From Narcine bancroftii (Eukaryota), in assembly GCF_036971445.1 (NCBI RefSeq), contig NC_091471.1, positions 295,926,001 to 295,990,000 on the forward strand: 64,000 bases of DNA, given 5' to 3'. Shown in pieces: positions 22,058 to 34,330 of this stretch. The notes beneath the pieces were generated by a model. The model was given only the letters and a program-made list of their open reading frames with translations, was not told where the DNA came from and did not search any database. Every line of letters starts with the position of its first letter. Positions within the stretch are counted from its first letter, which is position 1. Position numbers and translations under genes: made by a program.

Positions 22058-24231
22058 TGTGATAGTACAGATCTATCACCAATGTACATAGTGTATATAG
22101 TTACTGTATCTAGACTGTGCTTACAGCGATTGGCTGAGAGCTAAGCCACACCTATTGTTTGGGCCTTAAAGGGTTGTGTCCCTAGCCAGGTCGGATCATT
22201 CCGGACTGGTCGGCCACCTGTGAAGAGCTCCGGTCTTTTGCTAATAAAATTGTAGAGCTCGTCGAAAGAACCAAAGACTTGTTGATCCAAACCAAGGCTT
22301 CCAAACTACGCCGACAAGGCACGTCCTCTTATCAAGACCACCTCTTTTCCCTTCTCGACCGAAGCCACAGCGGCTTTCGATCGAATCAAATCTGACATCG
22401 CTGCTGCGACGCTGCACGCGATCGATGAGTCTGTCCCGTTTCAAGTCGAGAGCGATGCATCCGACTTCGCCCTGGCAGCCACCTTGAACCAGGCCGGTCG
22501 GCCTGTAGCCTTCTTCTCCAGAACCCTCCAGGGTCCGGAGAGTAGACACTCCTCGATCGAGAAGGAGGCCCAGGCCATAGTTGAAGCGGTACGTCGTTGG
22601 AGACATTACCTCGCTGGGAGGCGCTTTACACTGTTGACTGATCAACGCGCGGTCTCCTTCATGTTCAGCAACACCCAGCGTGGTAAGATAAAAAACGACA
22701 AAATCGCCAGATGGAGAATCGAACTCTCCACCTTTAACTATGACATCCTGTACCGGCCTGGTAAGCTCAACGACCCGCCTGACGCGCTCTCCAGGGGGAC
22801 GTGCGCCAGCATACAGATGGACAGACTACGGAAACTCCATGAGGCGCTCTGTCATCCAGGGGTCACTAGGTTTGCTCACTTTGTCAAGGCGCGCAACTTA
22901 CCCTACACAGTCGAGGAGATCCGCTCCATGACCCGAGCCTGTTCGGTGTGCGCCGAATGCAAGCCCCACTTCTTCCGTCCGGATAACTCCCACGTTATCA
23001 AAGCCACCCGCCCCTTCGAGCGTCTTAGCGTAGACTTTAAGGGACCCCTACCGTTGACCAACCGTATTACCTACATCCTTACGGCCATCGACGAATACTC
23101 CCGCTTCCCATTCGCTGTGGCCTGCCCAGACACCACTGCCACCTCAGTGATACAGGCCCTTCACAGTATTTTCACCATCTTCGGGTACCCCAATTCCATC
23201 CACAGTGATAGGGGGTCCTCATTAATGAGTGCAGAGCTGCAACAGTACCTTCTGGAGTGTGGTATTGCTTCAAGCAGGACCACGAGCTATAACCCACGCG
23301 GTAATGGCCAGGTCGAGAGGGAGAATGCCACCATATGGAGAGCGGTTACACTGGCTCTCCGGTCTAAAGGTCTCCCCACCTCTCACTGGCAGGAGGTTCT
23401 CACTAGTGCCTTACACTCCATCCGCTCCCTCCTATGTACTGCAACAAATGCCACCCCCCACGAAAGGATGTTCCTTTTCCCGAGGAAATCCGAATCGGGA
23501 ACCACTGTACCGGCATGGCTCACCGTCCCTGGCCCCGTCTTTTTGCGACGCCACGTCCGGCACTCAAAGAACGACCCCTTGGTCGACCGAGTGACTCTAC
23601 TCCACGCGAACCCACATTACGCATACGTGGAGTTCCCAGACGGGCGGGAGGACACTGTTTCGGTGCGGGACCTAGCTCAGGACGCGGTAGACCCAGCAAA
23701 CCCCCCAACTCCTTATGCTCCAGGCCCCGTGCCGCAACAGAAGGACCAACAGCACCCCAATGACCCGGGCCACCCTGCCGACAAAACGACTGGGGAATTG
23801 AGCGACGGAGCAGTCGCACCCGATGAGCCCGCTGGCGACACCACTCCAGCGACCCCAATCCCGGCACCACGGCGGTCACGCCGGATGGTCAGACCCCCTG
23901 ACCGCTACAGTCCTTGAACTACCCCTTCCTTTTCATTCTCTCCCTCGTTTTTGTTTTTTTTCCCAGGGAAAATTCTCCAAGAAGGGGTGAATGTGATAGT
24001 ACAGATCTATCACCAATGTACATAGTGTATATAGTTACTGTATCTAGACTGTGCTTACAGCGATTGGCTGAGAGCTAAGCCACACCTATTGTTTGGGCCT
24101 TAAAGGGTTGTGTCCCTAGCCAGGTCGGATCATTCCGGACTGGTCGGCCACCTGTGAAGAGCTCCGGTCTTTTGCTAATAAAAGCCTTGGTTTGGATCAA
24201 CAAGTCTTTGGTTCTTTCGACGAGCTCTACA
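22058..24231 (+). mobile_element. Gypsy/Ty3 LTR retrotransposon 1 (gag-PR-RT deleted; RNase H-integrase intact)
   Basis: TG...CA ends, 5-bp TSD CCCTC (22053-22057 and 24232-24236), PPT aagaaggggtgaa before the 240-bp 3' LTR (23992-24231). The 5' LTR matches the 3' LTR over 22058-22249, then U5 is inverted. Confidence 0.95.
22301..23917 (+). pseudogene. Gypsy pol remnant: open RNase H, HHCC zinc finger and DDE integrase frame without its N-terminus
   Basis: VESDASDFALAATLNQ..PVAFFSRTL, EKEAQAIVEAVRRWRHYL, H...HPG...C..C, SVDFKGP, IHSDRG and GNGQVERENATIW motifs; no stop until 23917. Confidence 0.9.
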
Positions 24232-25219
24232 CCCTCTATTTTCCCTGGTTCTTGATTTCTCCATCAATGGGAAGAGTCCCTCTACTTATTCTGTCTGTAC
24301 CATTCATTATAAATACCTGTCAGTCACTCCTACAAACTTGCAAGGGAACAACTCCAACTTCTTCTGTCTGTTTATCTGAAGTCCTCATCGATGGATTCAT
24401 TTTGGCAAATCCTTCACCTCTTCCCTAAAGTGTGGCCCACAACCTGGAAAACCCTTCAATTGTGGCCAAACTAGTGTTTTATAAAGGTTCTGTGTGACTT
24501 GTTCAGGACTCCATGCTCCTGTTTATCAAGCCCAAGATTCTGGATGCTTTTCTTACCACTTTCTCAAATTGCCCTGCCACTTCCAACAAAATGCACAAAC
24601 GTACTATCGAGAAATGCACAAAATGCTAGAGGAACTCAGCAGGTCAGGCAGCTTCAATCCAAAACCCTTCTTGAGGAACCCTTCATCACACCCCAGTTAT
24701 TCAATCCTCTTTAGACCTGTGTCCTCTGATGTACATGTACACAAGAAATAGGAGCAGGAGTCAGCCATCTGGCCCATCAAAAGCAAGCACCCTCCACAAT
24801 GTCCAACCTGATCTCCAGATTAGCCTATTGAGCAGGGACCAGACTGAGCTTCAGCCACAGGTTTAGCAGCAGAGACTGACCTGTGGACCAGCAGTGGATA
24901 AAGATCTGGACAACTAGGACTATTCTCAGACCTGGGGATCATCCTGGACAAAAGTAAAAACAAACCGAAATGCTGGAGGAACTCAGCCAGTCTTTTTAGT
25001 GTTGATTGGAGACAAAAATATATTGCTGATGTTTTGGGCCTGAGCCTGGACTGCTGATACCAGTCTGGGCATCAAGTACTGAGCACACCTGCTGCACTCA
25101 GATTAGGCAAACTGAACCAATGGGTTGCAATGGAGTGATGTGGGTGGTGGGCTGGATTGAAGAATGAGAGCCTGGGGATGCAGGAGTGGGGTGGGACAGA
25201 AGATGTGGGGCTGGGTGAG

Positions 25220-28210
25220 TGTGATAATACAGATTCTATCACCAATGTGTACATGTACAGATGTTAGTGTAGGATGACTGATTGGCTGAGAGTGTAGCCA
25301 CACCTACTGGCAGGTCTCAAAGGATTGCTCCTAGCCAGATCAGGTCATTCTGGACTGGTCGACCTACTTGTGATATGCTCCAGTCTTTTAGTTAATAAAA
25401 GCCTTGGTTTGGATCAACAAGTCTTTGGTTCTTTCGACGCGCATTACAATTGCTCTCTGTCTGTAACCACTCTACCCTGGGAACCTCCTGCCAGGAGCAT
25501 CTAGAGCTACCCACCCCCGTGCCCCAGGGCTTCACCTGTAGTCTCTCTACCCTCCGAGTCGGTCCGCCAGCACTTTTCGCAAACCTCACCCCTGGCTGGA
25601 AGCCTGTGGCCACCAAAAGCCGGCAATATAGTTCTGAACACAGGAAATTTATCACAAATGAGATGCTCAGACTGCTGGATGAGGGTATTATTGAACCTAG
25701 CTCGAGTCCATGGAGGACCCAGGTAGTAGTTGTTACAGACGGAGAGAAGCCATGGATGGTGGTTGACTACAGACAGACAATCAACCGCTTCACACTCCTG
25801 GATGCGTACCCCCTTCCACGGATCATGGAGGTGGTGAATCAGATCGCCCAATACCGTGTATTTTCCACCATTGACTTACGTTCGGCCTATCATCAGCTCC
25901 CGATCCATCAAGAAGATCGACCTTTCACGGCCTTCGAGGCAAATGGGCGGCTGTATCAATTCCTCAGGGTACCCTTTGGGGTCACAAATGATGTCGCAGT
26001 CTTCCAACGGGAAATGGATCGGATGGTAGATCAGAACGGGCTGACTGCTACTTTCCTGTATCTGGACAATGTCACCATCTGCGGCCATGACACGGAGGAT
26101 CATGATGCCAACCTTGAGAAATTTTTTCAGACTACAATTCGGCTGCACTTGACCTACAATTTCGACAAGTGTGTCTTGCAATTCTGGGTTGCGTGGTGGA
26201 GAACGGGGTGGTCATGCCGGACCCTGACCGCATGCGTCCCCTCATGGACTTTCCCCCCCAACACCCAGAAGGCACTCAAATGCTGCCTGGGTTTTTTCTC
26301 TTACTATGCCCAATGGGTTCCACACTATGCCGACAAGGCATGGCCACTCATCAAGACCACCTCCTTCCCCCTGTCAACTGAAGCCTGAGCGGCCTTCAAC
26401 CGCATCAAATCGGACATCGCTGCTGCAATGCTGCATGCCATCGATGAGTCCATTCCGTTCCAAGTCGAAAGCGATGCGTCTGATTTTGCACTGGCTGCCA
26501 CTTTGAACCAGGCCGGCCTGCCGGTAGCCTTCTTCTCCAGAACCCTCCAGGGTCCTGAGAGCCGACACTCCTCTGTCGAGAAGGAGACCCAGGCCATAGT
26601 CGAGGCAGTACATCGTTGGAGACACTACCTCACTGGCAGGTGCTTTATGCTGCTGACTGACCAACGCACGGCCTCCTTCATGTTTAGCAATACCCAGCGA
26701 GGTAAGATCAAGAATGACAAAATCGCCAGGTGGAGAATCAAGCTCTCCACCTTTAATTATGACATACTGATTCGGCCAGGTAAACTCAACAACCCGCCAG
26801 ATGCGCTATCCAGGGGGACTTGTGCCAACATGCAACTGGACAGGCTACAGAAACTCCACGAGGAGCTCTGTCATCCAGGGGTCACTAGGTTCGCGCACTT
26901 TGTCAAATCTCGCAACCTGCCCTGCACGGTCGAGGAGATTCACTCCATGACCCGGGCCTGCCCAGTGTGCGCTGAGTGCAAGCCCCACTTCTTACGTCCG
27001 AAGAACATCCACATCATCAAAGCTACCCGCCCCTTTGCGCGTCTCAGCGTAGACTTCAAGGGGCCCCTACCGTCGACCAACCATAACACCTACATCCTTA
27101 CGGCCATTGACAAGTACTCCCGTTTCCCGTTTGCTGTGCCCTGCTCGGACATGACTGCCTCCTCAGTTATAGAGGCCCTCCACAGCATCTTCGCCATCTT
27201 CGGGTACCCCAGTTACATCCACAGTGACAGGGGGTTCTCGTTTATGAGCGCGGAGCTGTGGCAGTACCTTCTGGAGCATGGTATTGCTTCAAGCAGGACC
27301 ACCAGCTATAATCCACTTGGTAATGGGCAAGTCGAAAGAGAGAATGCCACCGTCTGGAAAGCGGTTACGCTTGCCCTCCGGTCCAAAGGTCACCCCACCT
27401 CTCGCTGCCAGGATGTGCTCATTAGTGCCCTACACTCCATGCACTCCCTCCTATGCACCGCGACCAATGCCACCCCCCATGAAAGGATATTCTCTTTCCC
27501 GAGGAAATATGAGTTGGGTATGACCATACCGGCATGGCTCACGGTTTCCGGTCCAGTGCTTTTACGACGCCACGTCCGGTACTCTAAGAACGACCCCTTG
27601 GTTGGCCGAGTGAATCTGCTCCATGCGAACCCGCATTATGCATACATTGAGTACCCAGATGGATGGGAGGACACAGTCTCGGTAAGGGACCTAGCCCAAG
27701 CCGGATCAGACACAGCAGTGCCTTTAACCCAACCTCCCCCTATTCCTTCTCCCCCAGGTCATGTGCTTGAACAGATGGACCAGCTCAGGCCAGACTGTCG
27801 ACAATGGCGTTGGGGAATTGAGCAAAGCAGAGGCCGCACCCTACAGGCCTGCCGGCGACTCGACTCCGGCGATCCCAATCCCGGCGCCACGGTGGTCACG
27901 CCGGATGGTCAGACCCCCTGACCGGTACAGCCCCTAACCTCCATTCACCCTGGGGTCGGTTCTCAAAGAAGGGGTGAATGTGATAGTACAGATTCTATCA
28001 CCAATGTGTATATGTACAGATGTTAGTGTAGGATGACTGTGATTGGCTGAGAGTGTAGCCACACCTACTGGCAGGTCTTAAAAGGATTGCTCCTAGCCAG
28101 ACCAGGTTATTCTGGACTGGTCAACCTATTTGTGATATGCTCCAGTCTTTTAGTTAATAAAAGCCTTGGTTTGGATCAACACGTCTTTGGTTCTTTCGAC
28201 GCACATTACA
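25220..28210 (+). mobile_element. Gypsy/Ty3 LTR retrotransposon 2 (gag-PR deleted, pol disrupted)
   Basis: LTRs 25220-25448 and 27979-28210 (several mismatches), TSD GTGAG (25215-25219 and 28211-28215), PPT aagaaggggtgaa. Related to element 1. Confidence 0.95.
25450..27936 (+). pseudogene. Gypsy pol (RT-RNase H-integrase) with frameshifts and a stop
   Basis: GIIEPSSSPW, VVDYRQTINRFTLLDAYPLP, STIDLRSAYHQ, FTAFEANGRLYQFLRVPFGVTN and YLDN motifs; frameshifts near 26175 and 26255; TGA at 26386; RNase H and integrase in ORF 26428-27921. Confidence 0.92.
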
Positions 28211-28929
28211 GTGAGGTGTTGAGCTGGGGAGTTTAGGGCTGAGACTGCGGTGGGCAGTGTGGAGGTGTGTGGGAGAAACTCAGCAGCTCATACAAAATAA
28301 AAGTTAACCAATGTTTCGGGCCTGTGCCCTTCATTGAGGTTTGAGCAAAAACCAGGCAGGTGTCTGAATTAGGAGGGAGGAGAGCAGATATGAATGCATT
28401 CTGGTTGGAGAGTGCCATATGAAATATTAAGTATTGTTCCATCGATTTGCAGGTAGCTTCAGTTTGGCAGTGCATGAGACCAGTGTTGAATAGGGATGTT
28501 GTGGGAGAGTTGTTTCTTTTAAATATTTTATTTATGTTTTAACCATTGTGGGTGAGTTGTTGATTGAAAATTTGTAATTGTAGTGTCTCTTTTCAATAAC
28601 TTCGCCTGGCAACATTGGGGAAAATGCTAAATATGTTTGTGTCAGGATAGTTAGAAAATCAGAAAACAGTTATGCAGAATCAATATGGTTTTATGAAAAG
28701 AAATTGGCGTTTGGCAAATATATGTGTTCTTTGTAGATGTAATAGGCAGCTGGATAAAGAGGAATAAGTGGATTAGATTTCCAAAAGGCATTTAACCAGT
28801 GGAGTGCTGAGGGAATTGGCCCTGTTTGGACCTATGTCAACAATATAATTGCTGTGATCCGCAAACCAAAGATGGTGTAATTGTCAGTGAGGAAGGATGT
28901 CTGGGCTCACAACAGTTGGGAAGCTTGAG

Positions 28930-29031
28930 GTGGGGTGCACAGTAGCCGGGGCTCCCGGAACCCTTGTCACCACGCGGGACTTCCGGGGGAGGAGGAGAGG
29001 CGACGCACACTCCGGCGCAGTGAGGGAGGAG
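28930..29031 (+). promoter_or_regulatory. BORCS8: CpG-island promoter/5' UTR of BORCS8
   Basis: CpG-dense stretch with an ETS-type ACTTCCGG at ~28979, just upstream of the exon-1 ATG. Confidence 0.6.
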
Positions 29032-29068
29032 ATGGAGGATCCTGAGCTTCAGCTGCGAGTTCGTCGGG
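29032..29068 (+). CDS. BORCS8: BLOC-1-related complex subunit 8 (MEF2BNB), exon 1
   Basis: MEDPELQLRVRR-V (human begins MEEPEMQLKGKKV); donor G|GTGAGA, phase 1. Confidence 0.9.
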
Positions 29069-29394
29069 GTGAGAAAGGGAAGATTGCGGGGGAGGGTGCT
29101 CTGAGCGAAGGCCATGGGTGGAGGAGTCATTGCCAAAGGGCAGGGCAGCACAGCCACATTTGGCAATGGAGGTAAGCGGGCTGAGAGAGGTGAGAAAAAC
29201 AAGGGGTGGAGAAGGCCCTTGTCCCACGACTACCTGGAAAGTCAACCCGACCTTTCACCTGCAGCCTTCTACGTTCAAATTCTCTCACCATGTGATTTAA
29301 AAAAAAAATAATTTTATGTTAAAACACCTCAATCACCTTTAATTCTCTGTAGTAAAATTTACTACGTGTCTGCAACTGAAAACCATGGACGCCT

Positions 29395-30040
29395 TCGAGG
29401 CCGCCACTAGGCGTTTTTAAACTGCCCTGTAAAATGGGGTTAACCAGGCAATTTGCCCGGTTAGTGCCCCATTCACAGGGCAGTTTGAAAGGGTCTGACG
29501 TGGTTAGGCACGTTGGAAATCAACAGGGTCCGTGCCCTACCTCGGAGAGGATCAGGGAACCCATTAAAACTGACCCAGGTCGTGTCCTTCCGTGGCTTGA
29601 AAGCGAAAATGGCCGACCCAGTTACCCTGGGACGTCAGCACTTGTGCGCTGGCGTCACAGGGAATCCCCGGCAGAAGGAGAGAGAGAGGGGTCCCCGTAG
29701 TCGGCGGGCTGTGGGGGGGGGGGGGGGGGAGATGCTGCGGTCAGCAGGCCGGTGGGAGTGGGAGGGGGGGAGAAAGGGGTCGGCTATCATGGGGAGGGGG
29801 GAGACTAGTTTGCGTGAAGCGTCACTTACCGTGTTATGGCAGGGCGGGAGCTCCCTTAAATCGCTGGGTTGGCGATTTGCTGTATTTCATCCCCCCCACC
29901 CCCAGCTTAAAAGGTGCTGGAGGTACCTTCGATTCACTCTATTTCATTCCCACCCCAGCTTAAAAGGTGCTGGAGGTACCTTTGCCCCACTAATCACATG
30001 TGGTTCCCAGGAGAGCGACTTGGATGCTGCAGCTTAATCA
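29395..30040. mobile_element. Palindromic MITE-like DNA element in BORCS8 intron 1
   Basis: Internal inverted repeats (ttttaaactgccctgt...acagggcagtttgaaa; taaccaggcaatttgcccggtta). A shorter homolog lies at 41280-41530. Confidence 0.6.
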
Positions 30041-30089
30041 TGATTCAGCTCCTACTGAATCATACCTTGTCTAACTCCAGACTTTCCAT

Positions 30090-30754
30090 AAGACATAGGA
30101 GCAGAAATTGGCTATTCAGCCTATGGAGTCTGCATCCACAACAGCCTGTGGCAACAAATTCTACAGAGCTACCACCCTCTGGCTGAACAAATTCCTCTGC
30201 ATCTCTTTTCCAAGGGGATGCCCCTAAAGATTGCCCTCTTGTCCTAGAATCTCCCATCATAATATACAATCTTTCAACATCTACGCTGTCCACGCCTTTC
30301 AACATTCAAAATGTTTAAATGAAATACCCCCCCTCATTCTCCTACAGGCCAAGAGCTGTCAAACACTCCTTGTACGATAACCTGTTCATTCTTGGAATCA
30401 TCCTAGTGAACATCCTTTAAACCTTCTCCAATGTCAGCACAGCCTTTCTTAAATGAGGAGCCCAAATTGGCTCATAATAGACTCTAAGTAAGATCTCAAC
30501 AGTTACCTGTAGAGCCTAACAGAACATCCCTGATTTTGTATTTATTCCTCTTGAAATGAATGCCAGCATTGCATTTGCCTACTTTACCACTGTAGGAACA
30601 TGAAAGTTTACCTTCAGGGTATCTTGCACAAGGATTCCCAGGTCTATTTGTATCTGGGTATTTTCAATGTTCTCTCTATTTAAAAAAAAATCTACTAATT
30701 TATTTTTCTTCCAAAGTTCATGACTGTACACTTTCAAACATTATATTTCAGTTG
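30090..30754 (-). mobile_element. CR1-type LINE 3' fragment abutting the BORCS8 exon 2 acceptor
   Basis: Starts with the CR1 tail cataagacataggagcagaa; minus frame MLKGVDSVDVERL..MGDSRTRGQSL; CR1-like text continues to ~30754. Confidence 0.8.
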
Positions 30755-30766
30755 TATCTTATCTAG

Positions 30767-30879
30767 TTACAGATAAATTTACGGAGAGCATGTACTTTCT
30801 GGCTAATGAGCCGTCAGTGGCTCTTTACCGTCTCCAGGAGCATGTTCGCCGATCTCTTCCTGAGCTGGTACAGCATAAG
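30767..30879 (+). CDS. BORCS8: BORCS8 exon 2
   Basis: TAG| (V)TDKFTESMYFLANEPSVALYRLQEHVRRSLPELVQHK |GTAAGG; near-identical to known BORCS8. Confidence 0.96.
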
Positions 30880-31437
30880 GTAAGGACACTATAAGTGCCG
30901 GGGAATCATCCTGGGGTGTAGGTTAATTTGAGTGGCATGGACTTGTCGGGCTGAATTGGCCAGTTACAGTGCTGTATGACTAAAACATTTAAAAAATTAC
31001 TAGACCTGTTTCTTCCCCATCATCCTTGCTATTACTACCTCATTCCATCTCCTACTCCTCTCTTTCACTACCCAGTTCTCACCTCCAGTTCCTCTGTTCG
31101 ACTTCCACATGGGCATTCAGATACCTCCTGTAGGCTGTTAAACTCAAACAATTGCTTGCATATCTAATCAATTACGCAGGTAAATAGAACCATGCATAGA
31201 ATTGCTTACAGAGAAACACACATTGATTGGTGCAGAGTGTATTCATGGGCATGCCCTGGTGTGTGTGCACATGCACAGCATAGATTATCTGGATTTATGA
31301 GCATGTAAAGCCTTGGTCCACTACTGAGCCAGCTCTGCCACCTCTCTGGATCCTGAGGAAGGATTTCTTGTCTCTGAAGTAAAATGCTGTCTGGTTTATC
31401 TGTAGTGTGTAACATTAGATTCTTGTTTTCTCTGCAG

Positions 31438-31502
31438 ACAGACATGCAAAGCGTAGAAGAACAATGCCAGGGAGCAATATATACTGTTGAATATGCCTGC
31501 AG
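31438..31502 (+). CDS. BORCS8: BORCS8 exon 3
   Basis: ttttctctgcag| TDMQSVEEQCQGAIYTVEYAC-S |GTGAGA. Confidence 0.96.
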
Positions 31503-32720
31503 GTGAGACTCTGGAGAGAGAGAGAGAGAGAGAGAGGTTAAAGTGAGAATGCTGAACGATCAAAGGAACTTTCACACTTTCATTTTAAATTCATATACAA
31601 ATAAATAAATATTGTTTCATGAATATATGAATACTTGTCCTGCATATGTAATGTTTGTATGTCTATTATGTCTGGTTATGTGTCTGGTTGAGAAGCTTGA
31701 CATTATCTAGACAGAATACTGATGTAATGACCATATCTCTTGAAACTCAACTTGGACAGAAGGCATCACATTACAGGGAAATGGGAAAGATTGTTGGTAA
31801 CATCCTTAAATCATCACAGCAACTGGGTGGATGGTTTTAATCTTGTGTTCATTAAGGTGAATGATGTTAAGCACAGATCAGTACAGACTCTTTGGCCTAC
31901 AATGTTATTCCAATCAATTGAAACCCATTCATTTATCAGTCTAACTAAATTCTTGCATCCATATGTCTATCTAAGAGTCTTTTAAGTCTCCTTTTTGTAC
32001 CACCCTCCACCACCTCCCTTGGTAATGCCTTCCAGGCACCCACCGTTCTCCAAGTATGGGAGATGGCACACCTGTCTAGCTTGGAAAAATAGAGCCAGAA
32101 TTTGAAACAGAGTAAAGCTTCCTCAAAACACAAGCAAGCATAACCTCCCAGGGCAGGGACAGCATGAGTAAGGAGTGGTTCTGATTAGAAGTCTATGACA
32201 AATAGTATACAACAGAGTGAGGGTAACAGATTACTGGAGTTTTGGTGTACCTGGGAGTAAGTACCAGGGTACTTCCTGACTGGATCACTTCAACTATATC
32301 TTTGTCAATATGAGGAATATGGTGTAAATGCCAAAAACTAAAGGGTTAGGTACAGAGTAAAGCTCCCTCTGCATTGTATCTTCACACTCTGATGAGTGGG
32401 CACCACTGGCCAGATGCAGAATGAATCCCTCAGGTGTATGTCTGAATTAGCCCCAGTGTGACATTTTTCCACTTTGCACATGAGCGGCACTGTTTTGTGT
32501 TGCTTTCTGAGTTATGATGCTGAGTGGTGTTGTTCACTTCTCTCTGTAATCTGGCCCAAAATATTGTCAATCATTTAACACTGAGGACCTATGGCTGACC
32601 CAGGTGTCTTGTCTCACATCAATGTTGCTTGTGCTGGATGTATTCTTCCTTGATTCATGAGCTTGACAGCTTACCTGAGAGATTAATTGTGCTTCTCCTT
32701 CTTCCCTCCCCACCCCACAG

Positions 32721-32828
32721 CGCAGTGAAGAGCATGTCTAACAGTGCAGGCTATTTCACCAACATTGAGGGGTTGCTCCGACAAGCCATCAGCATTAAGG
32801 ACCAGATGAGCTCTTTGCAGAGCCGCAG
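32721..32828 (+). CDS. BORCS8: BORCS8 exon 4
   Basis: cccacag| (S)AVKSMSNSAGYFTNIEGLLRQAISIKDQMSSLQSR-AG |GTACTG, phase 2. Confidence 0.92.
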
Positions 32829-34330
32829 GTACTGTGAGGGCCATGGGTCTGCTTGGTGTGCCCTCCCTCCCTACCTTTATGGTTTGATTTTAGTTACTGT
32901 GCTTGGGTGATGGTTGGGGGTGTCATTAAAAGCAGCACATCGGCCTGTTTCATTGTGGAACTGAGGTTAGACCAGGCCTGCCTCCATCAGCCCAACTGTG
33001 AAATCACAGTGTCTCAGGAGTTCAGTTCCTGGTGCCACTTCTCTCCAATTGGAGCACAATAGTGGGAATAAGAACATTGAGTGGAATATATTGATGCCTT
33101 AGGCAGCTATATAAGGATAAAAATGCCTTCTACATTACAGTTGGTTTTGTAGTGACCAAGGCATCCTTTGTGAGATGGGGCATGTTCCTCTTGATGGGGT
33201 GGGAGACTTTGTATATTCTGCATACCTTCCACTCTATGTGCTGTCCATGAGCTCCTGTCAGAGATACTCAAAGCTCAGTGACTCCTGAATGCTATCCCTC
33301 CATCTTGAGTGGACGCAGGCCAAGGATTCCCCTGAATCAGACAATGTTACATTTCTTTTTGCTAATTGAAAGGGAAATGTTGCCATAGCAAGTTGTATTA
33401 GTCACACCTTACCCATATACACTAAAAATGATTGACAGCAGGGAAATTAATTTTTTTGACAGAGCATAAACCTTTTTAATTTTTAAGGATACTTTTTCAA
33501 AGATACTGAATGGTGCAGTGCTGATTTAATGAAGCCCCTGGGGGAATGTTTATTTGATATTTAAATTTTAGTGTTGCTATTTCTAGTTCTGTGAGTACTG
33601 AGTGTCTGTTATGACATAATTTGGCATCCTTTCATGTGTGCATATGAACTCTGCATAATGCCATCTTCCTGTGCTCCAGGCAGTCATAATTTTGACAATA
33701 TTCAGCACAGAAATAGGGTCCTCAGCCTAACCCAATGATACTCATCCTGTTCACCAGCACTTCATTTATAGTCTCCTGTGTCTCAGTGGTAATTAAATGT
33801 ATTGAGAGTATTTGCATCCATCATGACCTCAGGCAATGCATTCAAGATTGAAACATTCTCAGTGAAAAGTTCTTCCTCAGGTTCCCTTCTAAATTTCTCC
33901 CCCTTTACCCTACTGGTTATGCCCTCTAGATATGGACACCTCTTCCATAAGACAAAGGTTCCTACTCTCTGCCTAATAGAATTTTGTGTTTCTCTCAGGT
34001 GCCCCCTTGGGCTCCTCTGATGTAAGGAAAATGGAACTGTTCTACTCCTGTTTAGTTGTGAATGTGATGAATATGGGAAGCTTATCATGAATAAAGCTGC
34101 TCTGCAAGGACTCTTGAAATTAATCAAATTTCTTACCCTCAGATGTACATATTAGGGAAGCCCAAGAGCTCCAATATTGAAAGTTCAATGAAGCAAGTTT
34201 TCCCTTTTTAATACTCAACAAAGCTTCTCGTTGGATCTGGTTCAGAGAGAGTTATCTGGACTATTTACTTATCTCTACAAGTGTAGTCTTCATGGGTGAG
34301 TCACATTAGCAGGTTATCTAGTTTACTTGG

